Both the position numbers and the translations under genes were made by a program. Source: a virus. From it: a DNA stretch of 64,000 nucleotides. The stretch lies in the UHGV virus genome UHGV-1374997; one strand, given 5' to 3'. The notes beneath the pieces are model-generated. The model ran no database searches. It was not told the origin of the DNA and was given only the letters and a program-made list of their open reading frames with translations. Positions 1 through 7,867 of this stretch are shown one piece after another (within the stretch, counting starts at the first letter, position 1; the number at the start of each line of letters is the position of its first letter).

Positions 1-60
1 CTGTACCGTGCTCAAGCTGTACCGTGCTCAAGCTGTACCGTGCTCAAGCTGTACCATGCC
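1..60. repeat. 16-bp tandem direct repeat CTGTACCGTGCTCAAG, about 3.7 copies, truncated by the window edge
   Basis: Direct reading of positions 1-60; last copy degenerate (CTGTACCATGCC). Confidence 0.9.
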
Positions 61-205
61 TATGCACAAAGACGCCTTTCTCTACACCAACAGATACAAG
101 AATCCCTTTATAGCATATCCGATTGAATACACCAAAAGAACCCTTGCATCATGTGATACAAAGAAAAGATCAATAGGCGAGAGGATTTGTCCCTCTCGCC
201 TTTAA
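56..205 (+). CDS. hypothetical small protein (49 aa from ATG at 56)
   Basis: ORF track 8..205; no clear SD, begins inside the tandem repeat; weak. Confidence 0.2.
   Translation: MPMHKDAFLYTNRYKNPFIAYPIEYTKRTLASCDTKKRSIGERICPSRL
176..204. terminator. hairpin GGCGAGAGG-N7-CCTCTCGCC followed by TTT, between convergent ORFs
   Basis: Inverted repeat seen in sequence. Confidence 0.45.
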
Positions 206-214
206 CTATCTGAA

Positions 215-937
215 TTAATGCATTTTAAACAAAATATGCGGCTTTTCCATGCAAAGCGTGCACTCATCCCCGCAGTGAACCGGGGCATAGCCTTCCCTAC
301 CGTACGGGCATATATGATAGCCAAATATTTGACTTTTCTCCTGAATATAGGCTTCATCCCCAAAGTTGATAGATCCATCCGGCAACACAGACTCAACCAT
401 GTTGACGTTGGGAAGCGCCACAAATTCCGAAAAGTCAAAGATATTTGACACTTTCGTATAAAAATAGAAACGCTTTTCCGGGAATTTATCAGCTATCCGT
501 TTCCACATATTGACATACGCTTGTGAAACAAAATCTCCCGAGGAATGAATGCGCACAAAAGGACGTTCGGACTTTTTCAATGAATCCGATGTGATACGTT
601 CAAGACACGCAAGATCATTGAAGGCGAGATACGTATGGAAAAGCCGTTTGTTATAGGTTGGCGCATATTGCCGTTGCGCCTTCCGAGCATAACAGAACCC
701 CGCACAATCGGCGCAGTTCAAACACGTATCAACAGCAAGCAAGTCAAATATAAGAATATTTTTTTCGAGCTTAGAATTGCCCTTGGCAAAAGGATCTCCG
801 ATAAAAACGCCCAACCCATGAATATAGTTTTTTCTATCATTTGTTTTTTCATGATAAGAACGCATTCCCTTGCATTCTTTGATCATACGCAAGGTGTTGA
901 CAGGGGAGAACCGACGACCGAAAAATCCCTTTTCCAT
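215..937 (-). CDS. conserved phage protein with CX2CX2CX3C cysteine cluster (possible Fe-S/Zn site)
   Basis: 240-aa ORF; motif CLNCADCAGFCY; conserved early TIR AAGAGGTTTTATCATG upstream. Confidence 0.75.
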   Translation of the reverse strand: MEKGFFGRRFSPVNTLRMIKECKGMRSYHEKTNDRKNYIHGLGVFIGDPFAKGNSKLEKNILIFDLLAVDTCLNCADCAGFCYARKAQRQYAPTYNKRLFHTYLAFNDLACLERITSDSLKKSERPFVRIHSSGDFVSQAYVNMWKRIADKFPEKRFYFYTKVSNIFDFSEFVALPNVNMVESVLPDGSINFGDEAYIQEKSQIFGYHICPYGREGYAPVHCGDECTLCMEKPHILFKMH

Positions 938-990
938 GATAAAACCTCTTTTTTCAAAATTTAAAAGGTTATTGATAACGAGTCCAGTTT

Positions 991-1018
991 AAAACGGGAA
1001 ATAGAAATTTCCCGTTTT
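991..1018. terminator. hairpin AAAACGGGAAAT-AGAA-ATTTCCCGTTTT
   Basis: Perfect 12-bp inverted repeat downstream of the minus-strand gene 1030..1308. Confidence 0.45.
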
Positions 1019-1029
1019 ATTAGAATCCG

Positions 1030-1308
1030 TTATATACCGTCAAGCATGGAATCAAGAGCCTCAAGCGCGTCGTCGCGCTCATGGCACGCCGCGTCAAAGT
1101 CTCTTTCTACTTCCCTCAGTTCCGCACGAATCATTGCGGCACGGTCCTTTACACCCTCTACCTTTGCAAGACAGTTTTTATATACGGTATATGCCTCTAC
1201 CACAGCCTTAATTTTTTGAATAGCAAAATCGTTGCTAAAGTTGCCCTTAGCGCAATCCCTCATAACGCCGTCTATGTGCGACATAACAATCTCAGAAGAA
1301 CTTTTCAT
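1030..1308 (-). CDS. hypothetical protein
   Basis: 92-aa ORF in co-oriented early gene block. Confidence 0.55.
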   Translation of the reverse strand: MKSSSEIVMSHIDGVMRDCAKGNFSNDFAIQKIKAVVEAYTVYKNCLAKVEGVKDRAAMIRAELREVERDFDAACHERDDALEALDSMLDGI

Positions 1309-1325
1309 ATTCGCGACCTACCTTT

Positions 1326-1592
1326 TTAATACCAGTCCGGGAAAATGGGCTCGTTTTCGACAAAAACAAAGATACTGTGCCGGCCGTCCCATTGCGCTAC
1401 GTAGCAATCGCACATAGTTTTCCAGCCACGGGGGAGACCCTTAGCTCGGCTAATCTTTACGCTAGTCAAGCCTACGCAAGAGTTACCTTCCACACGATCG
1501 CAAGCATTGACAATATCACCGCCCTTAAACTCCGCAGGAATATCACCCTCAACGCGAAAAACAACGCCGTCCTTCAAATCTTTAATAAACAT
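1326..1592 (-). CDS. hypothetical protein (start refined to MFIKDL...)
   Basis: ORF 1326..1670; conserved TIR AAAAGAGGTTACTATAATG places start at 1592. Confidence 0.6.
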   Translation of the reverse strand: MFIKDLKDGVVFRVEGDIPAEFKGGDIVNACDRVEGNSCVGLTSVKISRAKGLPRGWKTMCDCYVAQWDGRHSIFVFVENEPIFPDWY

Positions 1593-1646
1593 TATAGTAA
1601 CCTCTTTTTTAGTGTTCAAGAAATATTCCCCGTTGCCAACAAAGAC

Positions 1647-1675
1647 ACAATACAGAAATAACGAAACCACGTCAA
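1647..1675 (-). promoter_or_regulatory. early promoter TTGACG-N17-TATTGT (minus strand), embedded in 14-bp inverted repeat 1664-1712
   Basis: Reverse complement read directly; spacing 17. Confidence 0.45.
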
Positions 1676-1748
1676 TACTTTTTCATGTAGAAAATCATAT
1701 TGACGTGGTTTCGTAATTGAATAATTGATTTACTTATTGAAAATTGAA

Positions 1749-2732
1749 TTAATCCACAAGGTTATAAGGGATTGTATCCCCGTCATTCGCTTTAAACAGG
1801 GTAGCCTTGCTGGTTGTGATATAATACTGCGGATATGCAATACCATTTGTCACTTGAATCTTTTTCCTTATAAAATTCTTGGGATTATATCCGCCGTTTC
1901 TCTTTGCCCCTTCCCTGATATAAGCTATATCGCTTGCATTCATCCCTTTAATTTTTCCCGTCCCGGAAAAAGGATTTTCAGGATCTGGCTGGTACGGTAT
2001 TTGTTTCATGATAGTGCACTTCCCAGAGTCCGAAAATCCAACTATCTGGAAAATATGGGGAATTGTCATATTGTAACCCCATGATCCCGCGAAAATGTCG
2101 CCTACGCGTAGATCAGGAAGAACGTCATCAAGACTAGGAACCGTTTCTATATCACTGAATTTATATATAGATTCTACCTTATGCCCATAGTAAACGTCTG
2201 CAATATCCTTAGCGATCTCCTTTTTGCGCTTTTCAAAATACGCTCCAACACCTTGCTTTATCTCGTATTTCATAGCAAGATCAAGAATATCATACAAAAC
2301 ATCAATTGCCCCGGCCTCTTGGCAATTCGGGCATTCGATGTTCAGGAACGGCAAAAGAGGAGCAATCCAGTCATCAAGACAAGCGTCCCCGTCCATGTCG
2401 ATCAGAAAAGTCAAGCGATTCATAAGCTTGTCGGACACGGCTTTTGCCCCTGCCTCATCCCAGAACGCAAAATCAAGAATATCTACAAAAGACACCTTTT
2501 CACTCTTTCGAGTATCATAGCTAAAAACGGTATAGGTTTCCCTATCGTCGCTTGCCTTCTTCACGACGCAAGCACGGTGCAAGTAATAGACAGGGGACCC
2601 GTGCTCAAGAAGAAAATTAACATCCGCATAAACACCACGAAAAAGAAAATCGGCCCCTTTTTCTGTGATCATGCGGTTGTAAAAATCCCGGACGTAAGAC
2701 TTAGGGGCCTTGACGGATACGTAGCTTCTCAT
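1749..2732 (-). CDS. hypothetical protein (327 aa)
   Basis: Long ORF with conserved TIR AAAGAGGTTATCAAAATG. Confidence 0.8.
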   Translation of the reverse strand: MRSYVSVKAPKSYVRDFYNRMITEKGADFLFRGVYADVNFLLEHGSPVYYLHRACVVKKASDDRETYTVFSYDTRKSEKVSFVDILDFAFWDEAGAKAVSDKLMNRLTFLIDMDGDACLDDWIAPLLPFLNIECPNCQEAGAIDVLYDILDLAMKYEIKQGVGAYFEKRKKEIAKDIADVYYGHKVESIYKFSDIETVPSLDDVLPDLRVGDIFAGSWGYNMTIPHIFQIVGFSDSGKCTIMKQIPYQPDPENPFSGTGKIKGMNASDIAYIREGAKRNGGYNPKNFIRKKIQVTNGIAYPQYYITTSKATLFKANDGDTIPYNLVD

Positions 2733-2778
2733 TTTGATAACCTCTTTAAATTTAACAGGATATGAAAAGAATTTTTAG

Positions 2779-3162
2779 TTAGATCCCGTGATACTTGCAA
2801 GCGTTCAAGTACCAGTTCAGAAAGTACTTTTCTTGTACCGTGGGAGGCGTGATCATGTCAAGAAATTTTTTAGGGCAAGCGTAATCAAAAGGCCCCATTT
2901 CCAGCGGGATAAATTTTGTCGTAACTTCTCGCAAGCTACTGTAAAAGCTTTTCTTTGCTGTAGCCTTTACCACGATGCCGCGAACTTCCCCTTTTTCGCA
3001 GTATGCTACGAAAATAGTAGATAAGGCGCAGTTGGATACATAAAGAACCTTGCTTCCACTCATTTGAAATGAGATATCAGCTTTTACGGCCTTAGCTCTG
3101 GTATCCGCTACGATGTTCGATACTGTCCAGCCCATGATAAAACCTCTTTCGTTAAAACTCAT
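2779..3162 (-). CDS. hypothetical protein (127 aa)
   Basis: ORF plus conserved TIR GAAAGAGGTTTTATCATG. Confidence 0.7.
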   Translation of the reverse strand: MSFNERGFIMGWTVSNIVADTRAKAVKADISFQMSGSKVLYVSNCALSTIFVAYCEKGEVRGIVVKATAKKSFYSSLREVTTKFIPLEMGPFDYACPKKFLDMITPPTVQEKYFLNWYLNACKYHGI

Positions 3163-3189
3163 TTTTGAAAAGTTCCTGCATCATTCTAA

Positions 3190-3222
3190 AGAAGGGTATA
3201 TACCCTTCTTTTATCAGAGTCA
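3190..3222 (-). promoter_or_regulatory. putative promoter TTGACT-N17-TATACC overlapping 18-bp perfect palindrome GAAGGGTATATACCCTTC (3190-3207)
   Basis: Read from sequence; -10 weak, palindrome operator-like. Confidence 0.4.
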
Positions 3223-3232
3223 AGAGCTTTTT

Positions 3233-3550
3233 TTAATAATTCTGAATCACGACGCCACCGTTTTTAAGCGGGATAACAATAGTGTGCTCTTGAAGAAGGC
3301 TAATGATATCTTCGGTTTCCATGCCGTCAATATCAAGGAACATATCCTCAGCGCAATCCTGCGGGCTATCATATTCCGTAAAAGAGCAACAGATAGCGAT
3401 AACATCCAGTTCCACCAGTTCCCCAGTTTCATCCTCAAGTTCTTCAAAGAATTCAAACAGGGCTTCAAGAGCGGCAGGGGAAAATTGATCATTGCGCCCG
3501 TGGTCGTCAAAGGCTTCCATGAAGTCGGAAAGATAAATGCGCTTGTGCAT
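3233..3550 (-). CDS. small highly acidic protein (D/E-rich), candidate DNA mimic / anti-restriction-like
   Basis: 105-aa ORF, strongly acidic composition; conserved TIR AAAGAGGTTATTACCATG; family not recognised with certainty. Confidence 0.65.
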   Translation of the reverse strand: MHKRIYLSDFMEAFDDHGRNDQFSPAALEALFEFFEELEDETGELVELDVIAICCSFTEYDSPQDCAEDMFLDIDGMETEDIISLLQEHTIVIPLKNGGVVIQNY

Positions 3551-3596
3551 GGTAATAACCTCTTTATGTGGTTAAAGTGTCGTTGTGTTGAAATTG

Positions 3597-3625
3597 ACCC
3601 TAAACTAAAAAGGGCTTACTGTCAA
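3597..3625 (-). promoter_or_regulatory. early promoter TTGACA-N17-TAGGGT (minus strand)
   Basis: rc of 3597-3625; same architecture as neighbouring early promoters. Confidence 0.4.
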
Positions 3626-4015
3626 GAGAAGTTTTTTACCTGCTTCACGTTGCCCTACAGAAACTATGACCTTGATTGCGGCGGCGGCCTGTCCTACGGC
3701 ACGAGCTTCAACGTCAAGCCAAGATTCGTGTGAGTTAGGTTCAAGTTCCCCGCCGCGTTTCTTGTGAAGCTCGGAAGGCGTGCAAAGCCGTTCGGCTATG
3801 TCAACATCATAGACAAGCCCACATCCGCCATAGGACCATTCCTGCCATGATCCCGCGCCATTAAGAAGCGTTCCACGGCAATTTTCAGGAGTAAGATCCT
3901 GATAATCCGGGATAGCCTCCAGCAGGTCCATAGCATAGCTCCGTACGCCCCTGCGCCATGCGGAGCGTTCGGCGGGAAGGGATTCAATAACCTTTCGAAT
4001 GTCAATAACTTTCAT
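3605..4015 (-). CDS. hypothetical protein (136 aa)
   Basis: ORF plus conserved TIR AAAGAGGTTATCACCATG. Confidence 0.7.
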   Translation of the reverse strand: MKVIDIRKVIESLPAERSAWRRGVRSYAMDLLEAIPDYQDLTPENCRGTLLNGAGSWQEWSYGGCGLVYDVDIAERLCTPSELHKKRGGELEPNSHESWLDVEARAVGQAAAAIKVIVSVGQREAGKKLLLTVSPF

Positions 4016-4036
4016 GGTGATAACCTCTTTGTTGTT

Positions 4037-4065
4037 TCGTTGAAATCAATCTACCGATTTTCTAT
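4037..4065 (-). promoter_or_regulatory. early promoter TTGACA-N17-TAGATT (minus strand)
   Basis: rc of 4037-4065 gives TTGACAgaaaaatagaaaatcggTAGATT. Confidence 0.55.
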
Positions 4066-4249
4066 TTTTCTGTCAACAAAAAATTCTGATTTTTTAGAAA
4101 AAGATTCTAGCGAAAAAAGGGGAGATCACTATGGCAGTAAAGGCGACCGTGAGCACGACACGAGATAGAGCTACGCTTGCGTTACGCTTGAAAGATAGCT
4201 TGCTTATGGCAGATCCTTTATACATGGTAGCCCCTTTTTTCCGCGTGAT

Positions 4250-4579
4250 TTACAGATAGGAGACAGCGTTGTGAAGGGCAGCAAAAGCTACGCACGGCAA
4301 CGCCATGAATCCGCACATATGAATAACGCTGTTCAGGAAGCCAAGGAAATTCGTATTTTCGGACACTCCGATAATACGCCGCATGACTTCCGAAATACTT
4401 TTTCCGGAAATTCCCCTAAGTCCTCCGCCGCCTACTACAACATAAACGCGGGACTTGACGCCTACGCGACGCGATTCAATGCGAACGCCTGTCCTTTTCA
4501 GGGTAAAATTCGCAAAAGAGAGGGACTTAGAGCAAAAAGGAGCGGAAAGGTAAATACGGCAAGCGGTCGTGAGCTTCAT
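4250..4579 (-). CDS. hypothetical protein (109 aa); antisense plus-strand ORFs with SD also exist here
   Basis: Conserved early TIR AAAGAGGTTATTAAAATG and own promoter favour the minus strand; protein low-complexity (GGGG run). Confidence 0.5.
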   Translation of the reverse strand: MKLTTACRIYLSAPFCSKSLSFANFTLKRTGVRIESRRVGVKSRVYVVVGGGGLRGISGKSISEVMRRIIGVSENTNFLGFLNSVIHMCGFMALPCVAFAALHNAVSYL

Positions 4580-4621
4580 TTTAATAACCTCTTTTTGTGG
4601 TTTGTGTGAACCCGTAAGATC

Positions 4622-4650
4622 AATCTATCCTTGCGGGCTCACACTGTCAA
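4622..4650 (-). promoter_or_regulatory. early promoter TTGACA-N17-TAGATT (minus strand)
   Basis: rc of 4622-4650 gives TTGACAgtgtgagcccgcaaggaTAGATT. Confidence 0.55.
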
Positions 4651-4710
4651 GCGATTTTTAGATATTTTTTTTTTGGATTATCCCTTGTACCCCTACCCCC
4701 GCCCAAAAAC

Positions 4711-4806
4711 TTTAGCTCAGGTCAATATCCCCGCGTCGCTTGAAAATGTTAGCTCAGGTCAATATCCCCGCGTCGCTTGAAAATTTTAGCTCAGGTCAAT
4801 ATCCCC
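4711..4806. repeat. 37-bp tandem direct repeat TTAGCTCAGGTCAATATCCCCGCGTCGCTTGAAAAT(G/T), 2.6 copies
   Basis: Direct reading; copies differ only at the junction base; third copy truncated. Confidence 0.9.
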
Positions 4807-4824
4807 ACCACGTGGAAACCGCTA

Positions 4825-5973
4825 TTATTTTTGAAGAATAAAAGAAACTCTTTCAAGTCTGCACTGGTTCTTTCCTTTGTAGTCGTCATGAGCCTTGACT
4901 TTCGCCTTTTTGATAGTGTACGTGCCGCCTTCTTCTACATCGGGGAAGGTAGAGGTCTTCCAGACGAAAGGAACGCCCGCGCTTGACTTCATGATAAAGA
5001 TGTGCTGTTCGCCGTACATGCCTTCAAAAGTGAATATCTTTTCAATGGTGACTTCCTCGTTAGCAACAATCGTGCCAATGGCGGGAAATTCTACGGTGAT
5101 TTTTTCTTCCGTCTTTTCTTCCAGCTTCTTAGTGTCAGAAGCCTTGCGGATATCAGCAAGAGCGCCGCGAATGCCCGCCGCGATAAAGCCGAACACGCGC
5201 TTTTCGCAGCGGCCCGAGCTTATGATCCGGAAAACATTTTCCTGATAGTCTCCCCTACGTTCTGAATTTTTAATAAATTCAATAGCTTTAAGAGCTTGTT
5301 CGGTATGCTCCGCCGTAACTGTGAAGTCGTAATCACGGGGAAAAGAGCGGTAATGATCGTCGACAAAATCCATGATCTTAGCTGCCGTGCTTCCCGGAGT
5401 GTTAGATTTAACGAAACCGAAGTCCGAGATCATCTTAACAGCTATTGCGCAGATCTCCACAGTAGCATAGTGAGGATCGCTTGCATAATGACCGCCATTG
5501 TCAGAATCCCCAAGAATTCCGGAATTTTCCGCGAAAAATTCGAGCGCGCCCGCTTCCTTTCCCAGAAAATCGATAATGCAAGACGTTCCCACCTGAATAA
5601 TCTTTCCGGCGGCGTCGGAAAGCAGGATGGTCTTAGAACGCTTCCTTTTCGTCCCGCAGTGATCGCAGGTCTTGCGGTCGGCAAAAGGAGTCAGATCAAC
5701 GTCTTCCGTAAAGGCGGGGTTACGGAAGATAAGGCCGCCGCTCGCATGGTCGACCACGGCGGCGAAAGTATAACCGGGAATCGCGGGGTATACGCCGTCT
5801 ACATGAAACTCCACAAAATCCTCATATTCGTAAGTGCCCTTTGTCCTTACGGAAAATTCACGTTCGACCGTGATAGAGAAAGCAGGATCCAATCCGCGCT
5901 TTTCGGCGCGGCGGTTCAGGCTTTCGACCTTTTCGACTATCTTGGAGAAAGTTGACTTGTGGCGGATAGGCAT
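4825..5973 (-). CDS. hypothetical protein (382 aa) with CDHCG zinc-finger-like motif
   Basis: Long ORF with conserved TIR TAAGAGGTTATCACTATG. Confidence 0.8.
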   Translation of the reverse strand: MPIRHKSTFSKIVEKVESLNRRAEKRGLDPAFSITVEREFSVRTKGTYEYEDFVEFHVDGVYPAIPGYTFAAVVDHASGGLIFRNPAFTEDVDLTPFADRKTCDHCGTKRKRSKTILLSDAAGKIIQVGTSCIIDFLGKEAGALEFFAENSGILGDSDNGGHYASDPHYATVEICAIAVKMISDFGFVKSNTPGSTAAKIMDFVDDHYRSFPRDYDFTVTAEHTEQALKAIEFIKNSERRGDYQENVFRIISSGRCEKRVFGFIAAGIRGALADIRKASDTKKLEEKTEEKITVEFPAIGTIVANEEVTIEKIFTFEGMYGEQHIFIMKSSAGVPFVWKTSTFPDVEEGGTYTIKKAKVKAHDDYKGKNQCRLERVSFILQK

Positions 5974-5995
5974 AGTGATAACCTCTTATAGTAAG

Positions 5996-6068
5996 ACATT
6001 CCTAGATTCCGATAAACCTTTTCCCTTGCCGTTGAAAAGACTTTATCGGAATCTAGGAATGTCGTCAA
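5996..6068 (-). promoter_or_regulatory. promoter TTGACG-N17-TAAAGT overlapping a 21-bp perfect inverted repeat (5996-6016 / 6042-6062)
   Basis: ACATTCCTAGATTCCGATAAA ... TTTATCGGAATCTAGGAATGT read directly; operator-like. Confidence 0.5.
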
Positions 6069-6083
6069 CAACTTTTTTGATTG

Positions 6084-6458
6084 TTATCTCCGATATTCCA
6101 TGCAGACAACGGGATCTGTCTCAACCGTCTCGAATCCCTCACTAGCGTAAAAGTCAACAAGATCTTCAAGGCTCATGCCATCGAAATCGGGAACCGCCGC
6201 AATCTTCAAGGGAAGGTGCGGAAACTTCCTCTTTACATAAGCTATCGCGGCTCGGAGCAAGACTCTGCCGTGTCCCTTGCGGCGATACTCAGGCCTTACA
6301 TGAAGATCAGAAACAAGTACGATATCCTGTTCTTCATAGCCATATAATGTGCTAGGGGCATCAATAATCTCTACCTCTTGAGAAATCATGCAATGACCAT
6401 ATTCCGACTCAAACACGATATCCCGTCCAGTATGCCCGGTCACAGTGATCTTACTCAT
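6084..6458 (-). CDS. GNAT family N-acetyltransferase
   Basis: Acetyl-CoA-binding motif RRKGHGRVLLRAAIAYV; SD GGAGGG upstream of MSKITV start. Confidence 0.8.
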   Translation of the reverse strand: MSKITVTGHTGRDIVFESEYGHCMISQEVEIIDAPSTLYGYEEQDIVLVSDLHVRPEYRRKGHGRVLLRAAIAYVKRKFPHLPLKIAAVPDFDGMSLEDLVDFYASEGFETVETDPVVCMEYRR

Positions 6459-6490
6459 AAAAATTCCCTCCATGCGATTCGTTTAAAGAG

Positions 6491-6519
6491 ACTCTATGCA
6501 AATACTAAATCACTGTCAA
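6491..6519 (-). promoter_or_regulatory. early promoter TTGACA-N17-TAGAGT (minus strand) for the GNAT gene
   Basis: rc of 6491-6519. Confidence 0.5.
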
Positions 6520-6630
6520 GCGGATCTATGAAAGAATCGAAAAGAAAAAATATTCGTGCATTCATATATTATATAAGGTATTGCAATTACCATGCCATAA
6601 TATTGGGATAGCTATTCTACGATGATCCCA

Positions 6631-6750
6631 AGTCAATGACACCTGATGACCATCAATGACAGTAGTTGACTGTAGATGACGATTACTGACGATCGTTGAC
6701 AGTCTGTGACGCTTGTTGACGGCTGTTTACGGTCGTTGACGACCGTGCAC
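6631..6750. repeat. 12 consecutive 10-bp units of form NNNNNNTGAC (11 of 12 end in TGAC/TTAC), exact 10-bp phasing
   Basis: agtcaaTGAC acctgaTGAC catcaaTGAC agtagtTGAC tgtagaTGAC gattacTGAC gatcgtTGAC agtctgTGAC gcttgtTGAC ggctgtTTAC ggtcgtTGAC gaccgtGCAC. Confidence 0.9.
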
Positions 6751-7010
6751 GGGGATTTTCAACGATTGTTCAAGAAATAACTATTAATATAATCAACTAC
6801 TTATAACTTGGCATAAGTCTTGCATAGATTGAGATTGGTTTGAGATTCTCCAATCATTTCAAGTATATGGGAGGGGGTAGGATCAAAGTGTACCGCATTC
6901 CGGTATATAGTACCGTCGTTGACTCAAAAAAACATTTTTTTCGATTTCTGAGCTTTTATCCGGTTGTAATTATTCATGTAAATTTTTTAAACGAAATTTT
7001 AATAAAACTA

Positions 7011-7039
7011 TTGACAAAAAATCGTTTATGGATTAAGAT
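7011..7039 (+). promoter_or_regulatory. promoter TTGACA-N17-TAAGAT upstream of terS
   Basis: Read directly; followed by SD AAGGAG and a TTG start. Confidence 0.55.
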
Positions 7040-7074
7040 TTTTACTAAATTTAATATAAAAAAGGAGAAAAACA

Positions 7075-7545
7075 TTGCGACGCCAAACAAAATCCATCGA
7101 AGCGCATAAGCAAGATGGTACATACAATTCTACGAAGCATGGAGTGGACGTTCCATTGGCGGAAGGACCGCTGAGGAAAATCAATTGGGACAAGATGTCC
7201 TCGGAAGACATTTATACTACGATTGCTGATGTTATCGCGCAGAAGGGACTTGACCATGCTGAATACTCTCTAGCTTTGGAACTCTTAGTTTATGCGGTGA
7301 ATAGGATGCTTAAACTCCGCAGGGATCTGAAAGCCCAAGGCGGCGAGACGTATATTACCCCGACAGGTATTCGGAAAAACAATCCTACAGCGAAACTTGT
7401 TATGGAAGCAGAGAAGCAAGTTGATACGCTCCTGCAAAGGTTTGGGCTTACGCCGGATTCTCGTAGCCGAGTAGCTAGGAAGAAGGGGGAACTTAATCTA
7501 GGGAGTGAAGATTCTTTCGGATCTCCGGAAGGTTTCTTCAATTAA
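7075..7545 (+). CDS. terS: phage terminase small subunit, P27 family
   Basis: 156 aa; C-terminal GLTPDSRSRV motif typical of P27-family TerS; TTG start with SD. Confidence 0.7.
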   Translation: MRRQTKSIEAHKQDGTYNSTKHGVDVPLAEGPLRKINWDKMSSEDIYTTIADVIAQKGLDHAEYSLALELLVYAVNRMLKLRRDLKAQGGETYITPTGIRKNNPTAKLVMEAEKQVDTLLQRFGLTPDSRSRVARKKGELNLGSEDSFGSPEGFFN

Positions 7546-7577
7546 ACCAATAATTTAAAAATATTTTAAAAAAGTAG

Positions 7578-7606
7578 TTGACAAATCAAAAAAGTTTCAC
7601 TATATT
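7578..7606 (+). promoter_or_regulatory. strong promoter TTGACA-N17-TATATT
   Basis: Read directly at 7578-7583 and 7601-7606. Confidence 0.6.
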
Positions 7607-7612
7607 CCTTTT

Positions 7613-7867
7613 CACGATGAGCGCATGAGCAGATGCAGACAGCATATTAAAGTTAAATACTATGATTATTTAAAACGGCATCTAGTTAAAACTCATACAC
7701 CGCTCATAATCATTTAGGTGCTTACAGCGACAAAAATTACACTTGCCTGTTAAGCAATAATGTAAAAGCACCTAGTTATTTAGATAAAGGTTCTCACAGC
7801 AACAACACAACCATTCATACTGGAAGTAGCGTCCACCAAAGGGCGCAGAACCTTGGAGAAAAAAATC
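7613..7867 (+). promoter_or_regulatory. about 255-nt structured 5' leader (nested helices 7618-7623/7701-7706, 7716-7723/7766-7773, 7788-7794/7847-7853 abutting the SD)
   Basis: Complementary segments identified by eye; function unknown. Confidence 0.35.

Noticed and set aside
4711-4806. Tandem repeats considered as a possible CRISPR array (also the repeat at 1-60)
   Set aside because: Repeats are contiguous with no unique spacers and no cas genes nearby
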